Assembly (NCBI GenBank): GCA_024404475.1 | Contig: JAKSPV010000001.1 | Coordinates: 1-30,213, forward strand | Direction: 5' to 3' | Source of the DNA: Clostridia bacterium | GTDB taxonomy: Bacteria; Bacillota; Clostridia; Oscillospirales; CAG-272 | Length of the DNA stretch: 30,213 nucleotides | Part shown: positions 1-8,206 of the stretch, piece by piece | How positions within the stretch are numbered: position 1 is the stretch's first letter | Layout: the number at the start of each line of letters is the position of its first letter | Position numbers and translations under genes: made by a program | The notes under the pieces: model-generated | The model's database searches: none | The model's input: the letters and a program-made list of their open reading frames with translations, nothing else | What the model was told of the DNA's origin: nothing

Positions 1-1
1 C

Positions 2-151
2 ACGATCGACTTCATCCGTAAGATGATCGCCGACGGCCGTCGGGAGGAAGCACTCAAGTATCTGAAAATGTTCGCATACTACGGCAAGGACGACGCGTCC
101 CGTGCCGAAGCAAAAAAACTGATCGACGAATTGAACACGGCGGAGGGTTAA
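2..151 (+). CDS. 3' end of a gene truncated by the window edge; TPR-like helical hairpin resembling the FimV C-terminal domain
   Basis: Open frame from base 2 reads TIDFIRKMIADGRREEALKYLKMFAYYGKDDASRAEAKKLIDELNTAEG with TAA at 149-151. Its last codons contain GGAGG, which serves as the RBS for the next ATG at 153. Confidence 0.75.
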   Translation, partial: TIDFIRKMIADGRREEALKYLKMFAYYGKDDASRAEAKKLIDELNTAEG

Positions 152-152
152 T

Positions 153-1109
153 ATGAAAAAATTAGTTATCAATGCTGATGTCTGCCATATGCCGATCGTG
201 GATATGGCAACCGGCCACGTCATCGCGCGCTCCTACGCCCCGTATTTTGACGAGAAGACGCTGGAGCTGAGCTATCTCGCGCTCGAATCCGACGACGGCA
301 AGGAAGAGATCATGTACATCCCGTACAGCGCCGTCTGCTTTGTCAACGACGTCTGTATGATGATCAACGTTCCGAAGGAAGCGTACGTTCCTGCTGTGGG
401 AAAAAGCTGCAAGCTGATCGGCATGCCGCTGACCGCAAAGGCCGGCTCCGTTTCGCTGTTCAGCTTCGGCAGCATCGTGCAGACGAACATCGGTGAAGAC
501 GGCAAGGTCACTTCTCTCGTTCTGAACGACGGCCATTCCTTTCTCGTTCCTCGCGACAACGCGCCCGAGAGTGTAGCCGTCAACGACGCGTTTGCGTCCG
601 AGGCATTCAACTGCCCGAACAACACGACCCGCGTCTCCCCTTCAGTAGCGGCTCCGGCGAAAGAGGCGGCCGCTGCAGCACAACCCAAGCCGGAAACGGA
701 GAAAGCGCTTCGCGCTGACTCGCAGACGCCTTCTGTCACCATTCAGGACCCGATGGCCCGCTTTCAGAAAAGCAAGACCGTATCCGAGCCGGCTCCCGTG
801 ACTGCCAAGGAGGAACCTGCCGGAAAAAAAGCTGAAACAGCCGCGCCCGCAGGGCCGGCTGTGAGCGCCCGTCCCGCCGCTCCGGAAAAGAAGCCGGAAG
901 CTCCCGCGAAGAAACCGGAAGCACCCGCCGTCCCCGAAAAGAAGGCGGAGGAGGCAGTTGACGCTGCCGCCGCTCCTTCCGAAGCGAAGAGCGACGCCCC
1001 CAAAAAGAGAAAGAAGAACAAGTTCCGCGTTTTCGTTGCCCCGATCGTGGCAATGGCGATCTTCTTTGTCCTGTACATGATCCTTTTCACGTTCTTCATT
1101 AAAGTCTGA
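153..1109 (+). CDS. Hypothetical membrane protein: probable tandem PRC-barrel N-terminus, long Ala/Pro/Glu/Lys linker, C-terminal TM anchor
   Basis: RBS GGAGG upstream. Two PRC-like beta segments (MPIVDMATGHVIA...FDEKT..LSYLAL..YIPYSAV and LIGMPL...GKVTSLVL), then a low-complexity linker, KKRKKNKFR, and a terminal hydrophobic helix. Confidence 0.7.
   Translation: MKKLVINADVCHMPIVDMATGHVIARSYAPYFDEKTLELSYLALESDDGKEEIMYIPYSAVCFVNDVCMMINVPKEAYVPAVGKSCKLIGMPLTAKAGSVSLFSFGSIVQTNIGEDGKVTSLVLNDGHSFLVPRDNAPESVAVNDAFASEAFNCPNNTTRVSPSVAAPAKEAAAAAQPKPETEKALRADSQTPSVTIQDPMARFQKSKTVSEPAPVTAKEEPAGKKAETAAPAGPAVSARPAAPEKKPEAPAKKPEAPAVPEKKAEEAVDAAAAPSEAKSDAPKKRKKNKFRVFVAPIVAMAIFFVLYMILFTFFIKV
888..929 (+). 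repeat. Imperfect 21-bp tandem repeat encoding KKPEAPA x2
   Basis: aagaagccggaagctcccgcg followed by aagaaaccggaagcacccgcc. Confidence 0.7.
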
Positions 1110-1114
1110 TAACG

Positions 1115-1900
1115 ATGGCACTTGTTTTACCGGGTATCTGGTTCTTTCTCCTCGGCGCGGCGATGGGCAGCTTCTTCAACGTGCTGGTCGATCGCCTGCC
1201 CGAGGGCAGAGACTGTATCAGTGAGCGCAGCGCGTGCTCTTCCTGCGGGACGCAGCTGAGATGGTACGATTTGATACCGATCTTCAGCTTCCTCATCGTC
1301 AAAGGAAAGTGCCGCTACTGCGGCGCCAAACTGTCGGCGTGGTATCTCGTCAGCGAGATCACGGTCGGCCTGCTTTATACGGGGGCATTCCTCCGCTATT
1401 CCGCGAGTGCCGATCTCGTGACGCTTTTCGCGGATATCGTCCTTTGGTCGCTTCTTTTCATTGTCGCGGTCATGGACTGGAAGACCGGCATGATCATGGA
1501 TATTTTCCCGATCCTGATCGCCGCCGCCGGCATTGTCGTCAGTCTGATCCGGCAGAGGAGCATCCTCAGCATCCTGCTCGGCGGAGTAGCAGGAGCCGCT
1601 CTCTTCGGGATCCTGTACCTTCTGGCAAAGCTGATCCTGAAAAGGGAAGGCCTCGGCCTCGGAGACGTGTTTCTCCTCGGCGCCGTCGGCTTCTGGCTGC
1701 CGGCGGTCCAGGTGATCATCACTTCGTTCCTCACCGCCTACGTCGCGTTGGTTTTCATCCTCATCAAAGCCGTGCAGATGAAAAAGATCGGGCTCAAAAC
1801 GGAGTTTCCGCTCGGCCCGTCCATCTGTATCGCCGCGTTTATCATGTGCATCTTCGGAGAAAGGATCAGCCGTTTCATAACCGGCATACTGCTGCCGTAA
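1115..1900 (+). CDS. pilD: Prepilin peptidase (A24 family, PilD/ComC)
   Basis: GSFFNVLVDRLP, RSACSSC and GKCRYC Zn motifs, catalytic Asp in MDWKTG and GLGDV, C-terminal FPLGP, multiple TM helices. Confidence 0.95.
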   Translation: MALVLPGIWFFLLGAAMGSFFNVLVDRLPEGRDCISERSACSSCGTQLRWYDLIPIFSFLIVKGKCRYCGAKLSAWYLVSEITVGLLYTGAFLRYSASADLVTLFADIVLWSLLFIVAVMDWKTGMIMDIFPILIAAAGIVVSLIRQRSILSILLGGVAGAALFGILYLLAKLILKREGLGLGDVFLLGAVGFWLPAVQVIITSFLTAYVALVFILIKAVQMKKIGLKTEFPLGPSICIAAFIMCIFGERISRFITGILLP

Positions 1901-1919
1901 ATTCAGAGGAGGACCCCTT

Positions 1920-3479
1920 ATGTTCCCGGATCGTCCCTCGGATGAGATCGTCTTTCTGAAAGCGATCGCCAAAAAACTGAATATGGAATACGTTGATCTC
2001 GAGATGACGACAGCCGACCCGATCGCTCTCAAATTTGTGAACGAGAAGCTCGCCCGGATGCACAAGATCATCCCGATCAACGCGAACGAAAACGAACTCG
2101 TGATCGCCATTTCCGATCCGACCGATCTCAGCGTTCTGGAGGACATCAAGATCATTTCCGGCCGCCGTGTCGTTCCCGTCCTCGCGCCCGCGCAGGAGAT
2201 CCAGGCAAAGATCGAGGAATTCTACCAGACCTCCGAGAGTGCGGAGCAGGCGATCGAGGATTTCCGCAACGAGACCTCCGACGAGAACGTCAAGGAACTG
2301 ACGGACGCGTCCACGGTCGACGTCGACAACGCGCCGATCGTCCGTATCGTCAACAGCATCCTGACGGATGCCATCAAGGAGCACGCGAGCGACATCCACA
2401 TCGAGCCCTTTGAGAAATTTATCCGCGTGCGTATCCGCATCGACGGCGATCTCAAAGAAATTATGCAACTGCCGAAAAACACGCTTTCCGGCATCGTCAC
2501 GCGTATCAAGATCATGTCCGACCTGAACATCGCGGAAACGAAGCGCCCGCAGGACGGGCGCGTCCGCCTCCGCTCGAGCGAGCAGACCGTGGATATGCGA
2601 ATTTCCATGCTGCCGACCGTGTTCGGCGAGAAAACGGTCATCCGACTTCTGAACTGCGAGGCCGGCGTCATGGATCGTTCCCAGCTCGGCCTGTCGCCGT
2701 ACAACGCGGCGCAGCTCGATAAGCTGATGCACATTTCCGAAGGCATCATTCTCGTGACGGGCCCTACCGGAAGCGGTAAAACGACAACGCTGTATTCGCT
2801 TCTGAAAGACCTCAACACGCCCGGCAGGAACATCATCACGCTGGAAGATCCGGTGGAATACCAAATGTACGGTATCAACCAGGTGCAGGTCACTACGAAG
2901 GTCGGCATGACCTTCGCGAGCGGCCTCCGCTCGATCCTGCGTCAGGACCCGGACGTCATCATGCTCGGTGAGATCCGTGACGAGGAGACCGCCGAGATCG
3001 CGATCCGTTCCGCCGTCACCGGTCACATAGTCCTTTCCACGCTCCATACGAACGACACGGCAAGCTCCGTGACGCGGCTGATCGACATGGGTATCCAGAA
3101 CTACATGGTAACGAGCGCCGTTGCCGGCATCGTCGCCCAGCGACTCGTCAAACGGATCTGCCCGAAATGCGCCGAAGCGTATGAAGCGAGCGAGCAGGAA
3201 TGCGGCATCCTCGGCGTCGAGCGGGCAACGCTCTCCCGCGGCAGGGGCTGTTCCTACTGCCGCAACACGGGCTACAAAGGCCGTATCGCGATCCATGAGA
3301 TACTCGTTCTGACGCCTCCGCTCAAAAGTATGGTCAACCACGGCTGCACGGCGGACGAACTCAAAGAAGCGGCGTGCAAGAGCGGTATGCAGACGCTGGC
3401 GTATTCCGCCCGCAATTTGGTGCTCGAAGGCATCACAACGGTCGCGGAAATGGAAAGAGCCACCTACGTTCTTGAATAA
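1920..3479 (+). CDS. pilB: Type IV pilus/T2SS assembly ATPase (PilB/GspE/PulE family)
   Basis: RBS GAGGA. ASDIHIEP, RPQDGR, Walker A GPTGSGKT, TLEDPVEY, Walker B LRQDPDVIMLGEIRD, His box TGHIVLSTLHTN, CPKC..CSYC tetracysteine. Confidence 0.93.
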   Translation: MFPDRPSDEIVFLKAIAKKLNMEYVDLEMTTADPIALKFVNEKLARMHKIIPINANENELVIAISDPTDLSVLEDIKIISGRRVVPVLAPAQEIQAKIEEFYQTSESAEQAIEDFRNETSDENVKELTDASTVDVDNAPIVRIVNSILTDAIKEHASDIHIEPFEKFIRVRIRIDGDLKEIMQLPKNTLSGIVTRIKIMSDLNIAETKRPQDGRVRLRSSEQTVDMRISMLPTVFGEKTVIRLLNCEAGVMDRSQLGLSPYNAAQLDKLMHISEGIILVTGPTGSGKTTTLYSLLKDLNTPGRNIITLEDPVEYQMYGINQVQVTTKVGMTFASGLRSILRQDPDVIMLGEIRDEETAEIAIRSAVTGHIVLSTLHTNDTASSVTRLIDMGIQNYMVTSAVAGIVAQRLVKRICPKCAEAYEASEQECGILGVERATLSRGRGCSYCRNTGYKGRIAIHEILVLTPPLKSMVNHGCTADELKEAACKSGMQTLAYSARNLVLEGITTVAEMERATYVLE

Positions 3480-3489
3480 ACAGCATAAG

Positions 3490-3519
3490 AAAAGACCGGC
3501 ACCGAGGTGACGGTCTTTT
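3490..3519. terminator. Bidirectional intrinsic terminator between convergent operons
   Basis: aaaagaccg...cggtctttt inverted repeat, with a T-tract on + and an A-tract before it. Confidence 0.8.
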
Positions 3520-3533
3520 TTGTTTTGTTTTTG

Positions 3534-4100
3534 TCAGGCCCAGGGGTCTTCCGACTTGGGCTTGCGGATGTCGGAGAGCAGATACTGCTCCCAGAGAAAC
3601 CATTGCTTATCGCCTTTGGCACGCAGTTTGACCTGCCGCGCCGAATCGGCACCGCCGGACGTCAGCCAGAGCACCGCGTATCCGTCTGTGTCGAACGAAT
3701 AGGGATTTGTGCTGACCGTCAGCTTGTACGGCTTGTCGGGCGTGTAGTCGTTGTCAGGCGTCGCGCCGGCGAGATACGATCTCGTTGTGTAGGCTTTGCC
3801 GCCCGTCAGCCGGTCGTGCAGAAACTGCTTTTCGTACGGCGTCAGCGGCTGCGGCCCTTTCACGAAATTCAGCATTTCGATGCCCGCGTCGGGATCCTCG
3901 GCATAGGCGCAGAGTGCCAGTACCGACAGCGCCGCTGCCTTGTAGGGCGTGTCGAGTACGGCCTCGGGGAGCGCTTTCAGTTCGTCAACGGACTTCGGCA
4001 GTTCGTCGAACGTGAACGTTTCGCTTTTTGTTTCGATCTTTTTGACGGCGGCAGCAGCCGCGTCCTTGAAAAGACCTTTCAAAATATTGGAGAGAGACAT
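3534..4100 (-). CDS. Conserved hypothetical soluble protein (possibly DUF6935-like; family name from memory, unverified)
   Basis: 188 aa, RBS GGAGGT, host-like codon usage, motifs FTFDELP, SGGADSAR and WFLWEQ, terminal DPWA. Last gene of the SPFH operon. Confidence 0.8.
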   Translation of the reverse strand: MSLSNILKGLFKDAAAAAVKKIETKSETFTFDELPKSVDELKALPEAVLDTPYKAAALSVLALCAYAEDPDAGIEMLNFVKGPQPLTPYEKQFLHDRLTGGKAYTTRSYLAGATPDNDYTPDKPYKLTVSTNPYSFDTDGYAVLWLTSGGADSARQVKLRAKGDKQWFLWEQYLLSDIRKPKSEDPWA

Positions 4101-4124
4101 GAATTGTTACCTCCTCGGAATCTG

Positions 4125-4889
4125 TCAGAATTTGCCGTGTGAGCTGCTGTGCGAATGACCGGATGAGCCGGAGTGTCCCGAGCCCGAACTGGTCTGCCGC
4201 ACCGTGCGCATTACGTTCGAGTACAGGAAGAACTCGTTTGCGGCGGTCACGTTGAAGCGGTCAACGTACGCGGCCGCGGCGTTTTGGAAAGCAACGCTCT
4301 TCAGTTCGCCCTTCAGCTTGCCAGTGTAGATCGCCGCCACGATGAGACCGATCACGACCGCAGCGAACACGGCGAGCGGCGTGTTGAACGGCGCCTTGTA
4401 GTAGATGCCGTTCTCCGCATCTTCGAGAAGATCCTCCGTCATGGAGACGAACGTGCGGAACGCGCTGTAATACCGGCCGGAACTCAGATCGGGGATAAAA
4501 GCGTCTGAGAGGTAATTTCTCGCGTCGCTGTTCACGATCTTCTCGCCGCTGCCGGTCGAGGTGATCACCCAGTCCCGCTCCGCCATGCTGATCACGAGGA
4601 TCACGCCGTCGCCGCCGGGGCCGAAGCCGTATCCGTACTGGTCGTAGACCTCGCAGGAGAACTCGTCGATGTCGTAGCTGTAATCGGTGTAGTCCGCGAC
4701 CGTCACCACGACGATATCGAATGAATACTTTACGCTGATCCGGTCGAGCTCCGAGAGGAGCGCGGTCTCTTCGCCGTCGCTGAGAAGATCGGCATCATCG
4801 ACGAGCCGCGGCAGCGTCGCCGCAGAGGTCGGAACGACCAGGGCAGCCAAGAGAAGCAGAACGAGGAGCGCTGTCATGATTTTCTTCAT
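4125..4889 (-). CDS. TPM-domain (DUF477) membrane protein, YdjH-like
   Basis: Start re-called at ATG 4889 (RBS GAGGTG; MKKIMTALL signal peptide). LVDDADLLS, GDGVILVISMAERDW, one TM helix, Ser/Gly/His-rich tail. Confidence 0.85.
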   Translation of the reverse strand: MKKIMTALLVLLLLAALVVPTSAATLPRLVDDADLLSDGEETALLSELDRISVKYSFDIVVVTVADYTDYSYDIDEFSCEVYDQYGYGFGPGGDGVILVISMAERDWVITSTGSGEKIVNSDARNYLSDAFIPDLSSGRYYSAFRTFVSMTEDLLEDAENGIYYKAPFNTPLAVFAAVVIGLIVAAIYTGKLKGELKSVAFQNAAAAYVDRFNVTAANEFFLYSNVMRTVRQTSSGSGHSGSSGHSHSSSHGKF

Positions 4890-4894
4890 ACGCG

Positions 4895-5980
4895 TCACCT
4901 CAGCTTCCAGAAGAGGTAGAGAAGACCTAAGACGATCGCCGCGACACCAGCTGCGACGCCCCAGAACCAACGGTTCTTCGCTGCCTTGTCAAGCGGGAGG
5001 TCACCGACGAACTTGCCGGTCTGCCCGTTCATGGCGAAGACGTACTTCGCGCCTTTCCATGTCGTGTTCAGAAGCCATACGGGGAAGAGCACGTACCGCG
5101 TCTTGCCGGAGGAGAGCCGGATGCTCGTGGACTCCGGAACGACGGACGAATAGCCCGTCACCGTCCCGGCGAACGCCTCTTCGGTGCTCCGCTTGACGCG
5201 CTCGTTCGCGCGTCCGACGCTGTCCTCGGCGGAGACGTCGTATTTATCGGCAAAATAACCGGCGAGGTAGGCAGTCCGGAAATCGACGGCCTTCGAGATG
5301 TCGTACGGTTCGAGCGATTCCATGAGGTCGTCCGCCATCTTGCGCGACCCGTCAACGGGCACGCCGCTGAAACGGACGGTGCCGGAGCGGGAGACCGCGT
5401 AGTAACTCGTTTCGGTGTAGTTGTAGCGGCTGTCGCTCCAGAATCTCTTTCTTGTCGCTTTGTATCGTATATCGGCATCGGCGTCGGCGTCAAAGAGCCA
5501 GAACGGGACATAGATCCCCTTGACCTCGTCGATATGGTTTTCGTCTTTGAATACCTTCGGCAGAAGGCGCTTGCCCTCGAGATGTTTTTTGAATCCTTCA
5601 CATGCGGCGTTTTTATCAAGCTGGAACGGGATCACGAGATCCGGCTTCAGCGTGCCGGCGAACTGCGGCATCATGACGACGGGATTCCCGCAGAACGGGC
5701 AGGACGTCGCCGCCGTGGTGGCATCGCCGACGATCTCGCCGCCGCAGGAGCGGCAGGCGTAGATCCGCATACCCTCGGCCTCGCCCGGCGTCCACTCCGA
5801 ACCGGCGTTCGTTTCCCAGTGAAAATCGCTCTCGCTTTGTTTCAGCACCTCGTCATACGCTGCCAGCGTCTCCACGTCGAATTCCGTATCGCAGTAGGGA
5901 CATTTCAGCTTTTGCAGGCCGCTGTCAAAGGTGATCCCCGCGCCGCAGCACGGGCACTTGTATTCCTGCAGAGCAGGCAT
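4895..5980 (-). CDS. Double Zn-ribbon membrane protein, YdjG-like
   Basis: CPCC..CPYC and CRSC..CPFC ribbons, YVPFWLF, PVW, AMNGQTGK, C-terminal TM helix. RBS GGAG. Confidence 0.85.
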   Translation of the reverse strand: MPALQEYKCPCCGAGITFDSGLQKLKCPYCDTEFDVETLAAYDEVLKQSESDFHWETNAGSEWTPGEAEGMRIYACRSCGGEIVGDATTAATSCPFCGNPVVMMPQFAGTLKPDLVIPFQLDKNAACEGFKKHLEGKRLLPKVFKDENHIDEVKGIYVPFWLFDADADADIRYKATRKRFWSDSRYNYTETSYYAVSRSGTVRFSGVPVDGSRKMADDLMESLEPYDISKAVDFRTAYLAGYFADKYDVSAEDSVGRANERVKRSTEEAFAGTVTGYSSVVPESTSIRLSSGKTRYVLFPVWLLNTTWKGAKYVFAMNGQTGKFVGDLPLDKAAKNRWFWGVAAGVAAIVLGLLYLFWKLR

Positions 5981-6026
5981 TGCGTATCACACTCCATTCG
6001 GAAAAACTTGAAAAAGCAAAAGGATA

Positions 6027-6057
6027 CATACCGACCGGTGATTGGCCGGTCGGTATG
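6027..6057 (-). terminator. Perfect 12-bp hairpin inside the operon (possible partial terminator or mRNA stabiliser)
   Basis: cataccgaccgg-7 nt-ccggtcggtatg, followed on the minus strand by tatccttttgcttttt. Confidence 0.55.
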
Positions 6058-6072
6058 CCAGAACCGAATGGA

Positions 6073-7383
6073 TTATCTGATATCGTTATCGTTGAAGATA
6101 TCGCCGCATTCCGGGCAGAATTTCGGCGGGTTGGCCGGATCTTCGGGCTCCCAGCCGCACTTGTCGCACTTGTAGAGCGGGGCATCCGCCGGTTTCTTGG
6201 CGCCGCACTCGGAGCAGAACTTGCCCTTGTTGACTGCGCCGCAGGAGCACGTCCAGCCGGCGGCGGGTTTCGGCTTGCCGCATTCGGTGCAGAACTTGCC
6301 GGTCATCACGGCGCCGCAGGAGCAGGTCCATGCGTCGGCTGCGGGAGCAGTCTTTGGCGCGCTCTGCGCTGCCTGTGCCTGACCCATCGCGAAGAGATCC
6401 TGTGCATTGACGCCGCCCGCGTTCATGGCCATACCCATGCCCATGAAGCCGGTCATTGCGCCTGCCGTGTTGCCGGCGGCGGTCTTCATCGCGTCTGCCT
6501 GCGCACCGATCATCGTGGCGGCAGCCATCGTCGGATCCTTGTACATCGCGGTCTTCTGCGCGGTCTTGATGAGTTCCTGGTCTTCCTCGGGCAGCGTGAC
6601 GGAGCCGAGCGCGACGGAAACGACTTTCAGGCCGCGGAGCTCGCCCCATTTTTTGGAGAGGGCTTCGTTCATTGCTGCTTCCAGATCGGGATTGTGGGAG
6701 ATGATCTGGTTCGGGCGGATCTCCATGTCGGAGAGTTTTGCGAACGCCGGCTGCAGAGCGGAGATGAATTCGGTCTTCAGCTGTGCGTCGATCTGCTCGC
6801 GGGTGTAAACGGAAGCAACGTTGCCTGCGACGGAGGTATAGAACAGGATCGGGTCGGCGATCCGGTAGGAGTACATACCGTTGCAGCGGAGGGAAACGTC
6901 GATATCGAGGCCGATGCGGGAGTCAACGACGCGGAAGGGAATCGGTGTTGCGGTGCCGAACTTGTTGTCGAGCAGTTCCTTCGTGTTGACGTAGTATACT
7001 CTCTGATCCTTGCCGGTGTCGCCGCCGTAAGTGAAGCGTTTGCCGATCGCCTTGAAGGTGTCGAGAATGGAGGTGCCGAGACTGCCGGTGAAGATCGACG
7101 GCTCGGTGGAGCTGTTCCAGGTGAATTCGCCGGGCTCAGCGCAGAACTCGACGATCTTGCCCTGCTCGACGATCAGCATGCACTGTCCGTCGGCGACGGC
7201 GATGCCGGAACCGTTCGAAATGATGTTGTCATTGCCCTTGGTGTTGGAGGAACGGCTTGTGATCCGCTTCTGACCTTTGCAAAGCAGGACGTTTGCGGGA
7301 AGTGCTTCGCAATAGAAAAATTCTTTCCACTGGTCGGCAAGAACGCCGCCTGCTGCGCCGAGAGCTGCTTTAATAAGTCCCAT
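6073..7383 (-). CDS. SPFH/Band-7-like protein (YdjI, 'virion core protein'-like) with three C-terminal Zn ribbons
   Basis: SNGSGIAVADGQCMLIVEQGKI, GEFTW, FGTATPIPFR, G.YSYRIADP, MGMGMAM coiled region, WTCSCG..GKFC.ECG x2 plus CDKC..CPEC. RBS AAGGAG. Confidence 0.9.
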   Translation of the reverse strand: MGLIKAALGAAGGVLADQWKEFFYCEALPANVLLCKGQKRITSRSSNTKGNDNIISNGSGIAVADGQCMLIVEQGKIVEFCAEPGEFTWNSSTEPSIFTGSLGTSILDTFKAIGKRFTYGGDTGKDQRVYYVNTKELLDNKFGTATPIPFRVVDSRIGLDIDVSLRCNGMYSYRIADPILFYTSVAGNVASVYTREQIDAQLKTEFISALQPAFAKLSDMEIRPNQIISHNPDLEAAMNEALSKKWGELRGLKVVSVALGSVTLPEEDQELIKTAQKTAMYKDPTMAAATMIGAQADAMKTAAGNTAGAMTGFMGMGMAMNAGGVNAQDLFAMGQAQAAQSAPKTAPAADAWTCSCGAVMTGKFCTECGKPKPAAGWTCSCGAVNKGKFCSECGAKKPADAPLYKCDKCGWEPEDPANPPKFCPECGDIFNDNDIR

Positions 7384-7466
7384 GATGTAAGTTCTCCTTT
7401 GAAAAAGAATTTCAGTTAGTTATATGTCACGTCGGGGTGCCCGATGCAGCGGTACCCCTACAATTT

Positions 7467-7494
7467 ATTATACTGATTTTCGACGAATTGTAAA
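7467..7494 (-). promoter_or_regulatory. Putative sigmaA promoter of the SPFH operon
   Basis: Minus strand TTTACA-16 nt-TATAAT. Confidence 0.55.
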
Positions 7495-7527
7495 GAGAAA
7501 ATTGCAAAAGAGGTGCTCTGTGATAAA

Positions 7528-7553
7528 AAAGTCCGCGGCGCACCGCGGACTTT
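7528..7553 (-). terminator. Intrinsic terminator of the EamA gene
   Basis: aaagtccgcgg-4 nt-ccgcggacttt, with a T6 tract on the minus strand 6 nt after the stop codon. Confidence 0.8.
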
Positions 7554-7558
7554 CCGGT

Positions 7559-7987
7559 TTATTTGAGGTTGATGAAGACGATGCCCCCGAGGCAGAGTGC
7601 GATGCCGACGAGCTTGTTCCACGTGACCGGCTCCTTATAGAGGAGAAACCCGACGAAGATCAGCACGACGGCGAGGAACGCGCTCTGTACGACGCTGCCC
7701 GAGCTGACCTGCCAGCCCGCCTTGTACGCGTAGATCCAGCCGACCTCGAGCCCGACGATGACGAGGCCGAGCACGTACGGTGCCCAGTTCATCGTGGAAA
7801 ACTGCCGGAAGAAACTCTCGCCGGGACGGAGGACGAAGTGCAGAATCGCCGTGATGACGGCGCCGACGAGATAGGTGACGGTCAGCGACGCGAACGGGCT
7901 GACCTCGTTCGGCACGCTTTTGGCGCAGATCTGATAGATGGTGTTGGAGACCACGACGAGCGCGATCGGCCAGATGAAATCAAGCAT
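7559..7987 (-). CDS. Half-size EamA/DMT family transporter (142 aa)
   Basis: Start re-called at ATG 7987 (RBS GGAGG). About 5 TM helices; YQICAK, GLEVGWIYAYKAGW, EPVTWNKLVGIALC. Confidence 0.88.
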   Translation of the reverse strand: MLDFIWPIALVVVSNTIYQICAKSVPNEVSPFASLTVTYLVGAVITAILHFVLRPGESFFRQFSTMNWAPYVLGLVIVGLEVGWIYAYKAGWQVSSGSVVQSAFLAVVLIFVGFLLYKEPVTWNKLVGIALCLGGIVFINLK

Positions 7988-8044
7988 GACCGTATTCCTC
8001 CGGGGGGGAGAGATTTGATAGCGGCAGATCCTGCCGGCGCTTCC

Positions 8045-8073
8045 ATTATACGCTTTGCCGGCGCTTTTTGCAA
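8045..8073 (-). promoter_or_regulatory. sigmaA promoter of the EamA gene
   Basis: Minus strand TTGCAA-17 nt-TATAAT. Confidence 0.7.
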
Positions 8074-8144
8074 GTGGGAAAACGGAAAGAAAAGACGATC
8101 GGAGTGGAAAAGCCGCCGCCTTTTGACGCAAAATGACCAAATCC

Positions 8145-8179
8145 TGCATAATTCGACCCGTTGGATGAATATATATTAC
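8145..8179. promoter_or_regulatory. Putative tandem ARG boxes (ArgR/AhrC operators)
   Basis: TGCATAATTCGACC (8145) and TGAATATATATTAC (8166) lie 21 bp apart and resemble the TG(A/C)ATAWWTAT(T/G)CA core. They are upstream of the argC promoter. Confidence 0.5.
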
Positions 8180-8206
8180 CAAAAGATAAAAAATATAAAT
8201 AAATAC

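Noticed and set aside
6100-6330. Repeated segments at the SPFH 3' end as a possible CRISPR or tandem DNA repeat
   Set aside because: They are in-frame duplicated Zn-ribbon codons (WTCSCG..GKFC.ECG), not repeat-spacer units. No CRISPR array or cas gene is present in the window.
5980-7419. Long 479-aa + strand ORF, and similar long antisense ORFs (1875-3341, 8967-10436, 17173-18975, 19036-20652, 22321-24069)
   Set aside because: These are shadow ORFs opposite well-supported genes in GC-rich DNA, with no family motifs or RBS.
7434-7458. Leader hairpin upstream of the SPFH gene as a possible riboswitch
   Set aside because: The stem is 8 bp with an A-C mismatch on the transcribed strand, and no aptamer motif is recognisable.
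8002-8008. G7 tract in the EamA leader as a phase-variation site
   Set aside because: It is short, non-coding and outside the promoter spacer, so slippage would have little effect.
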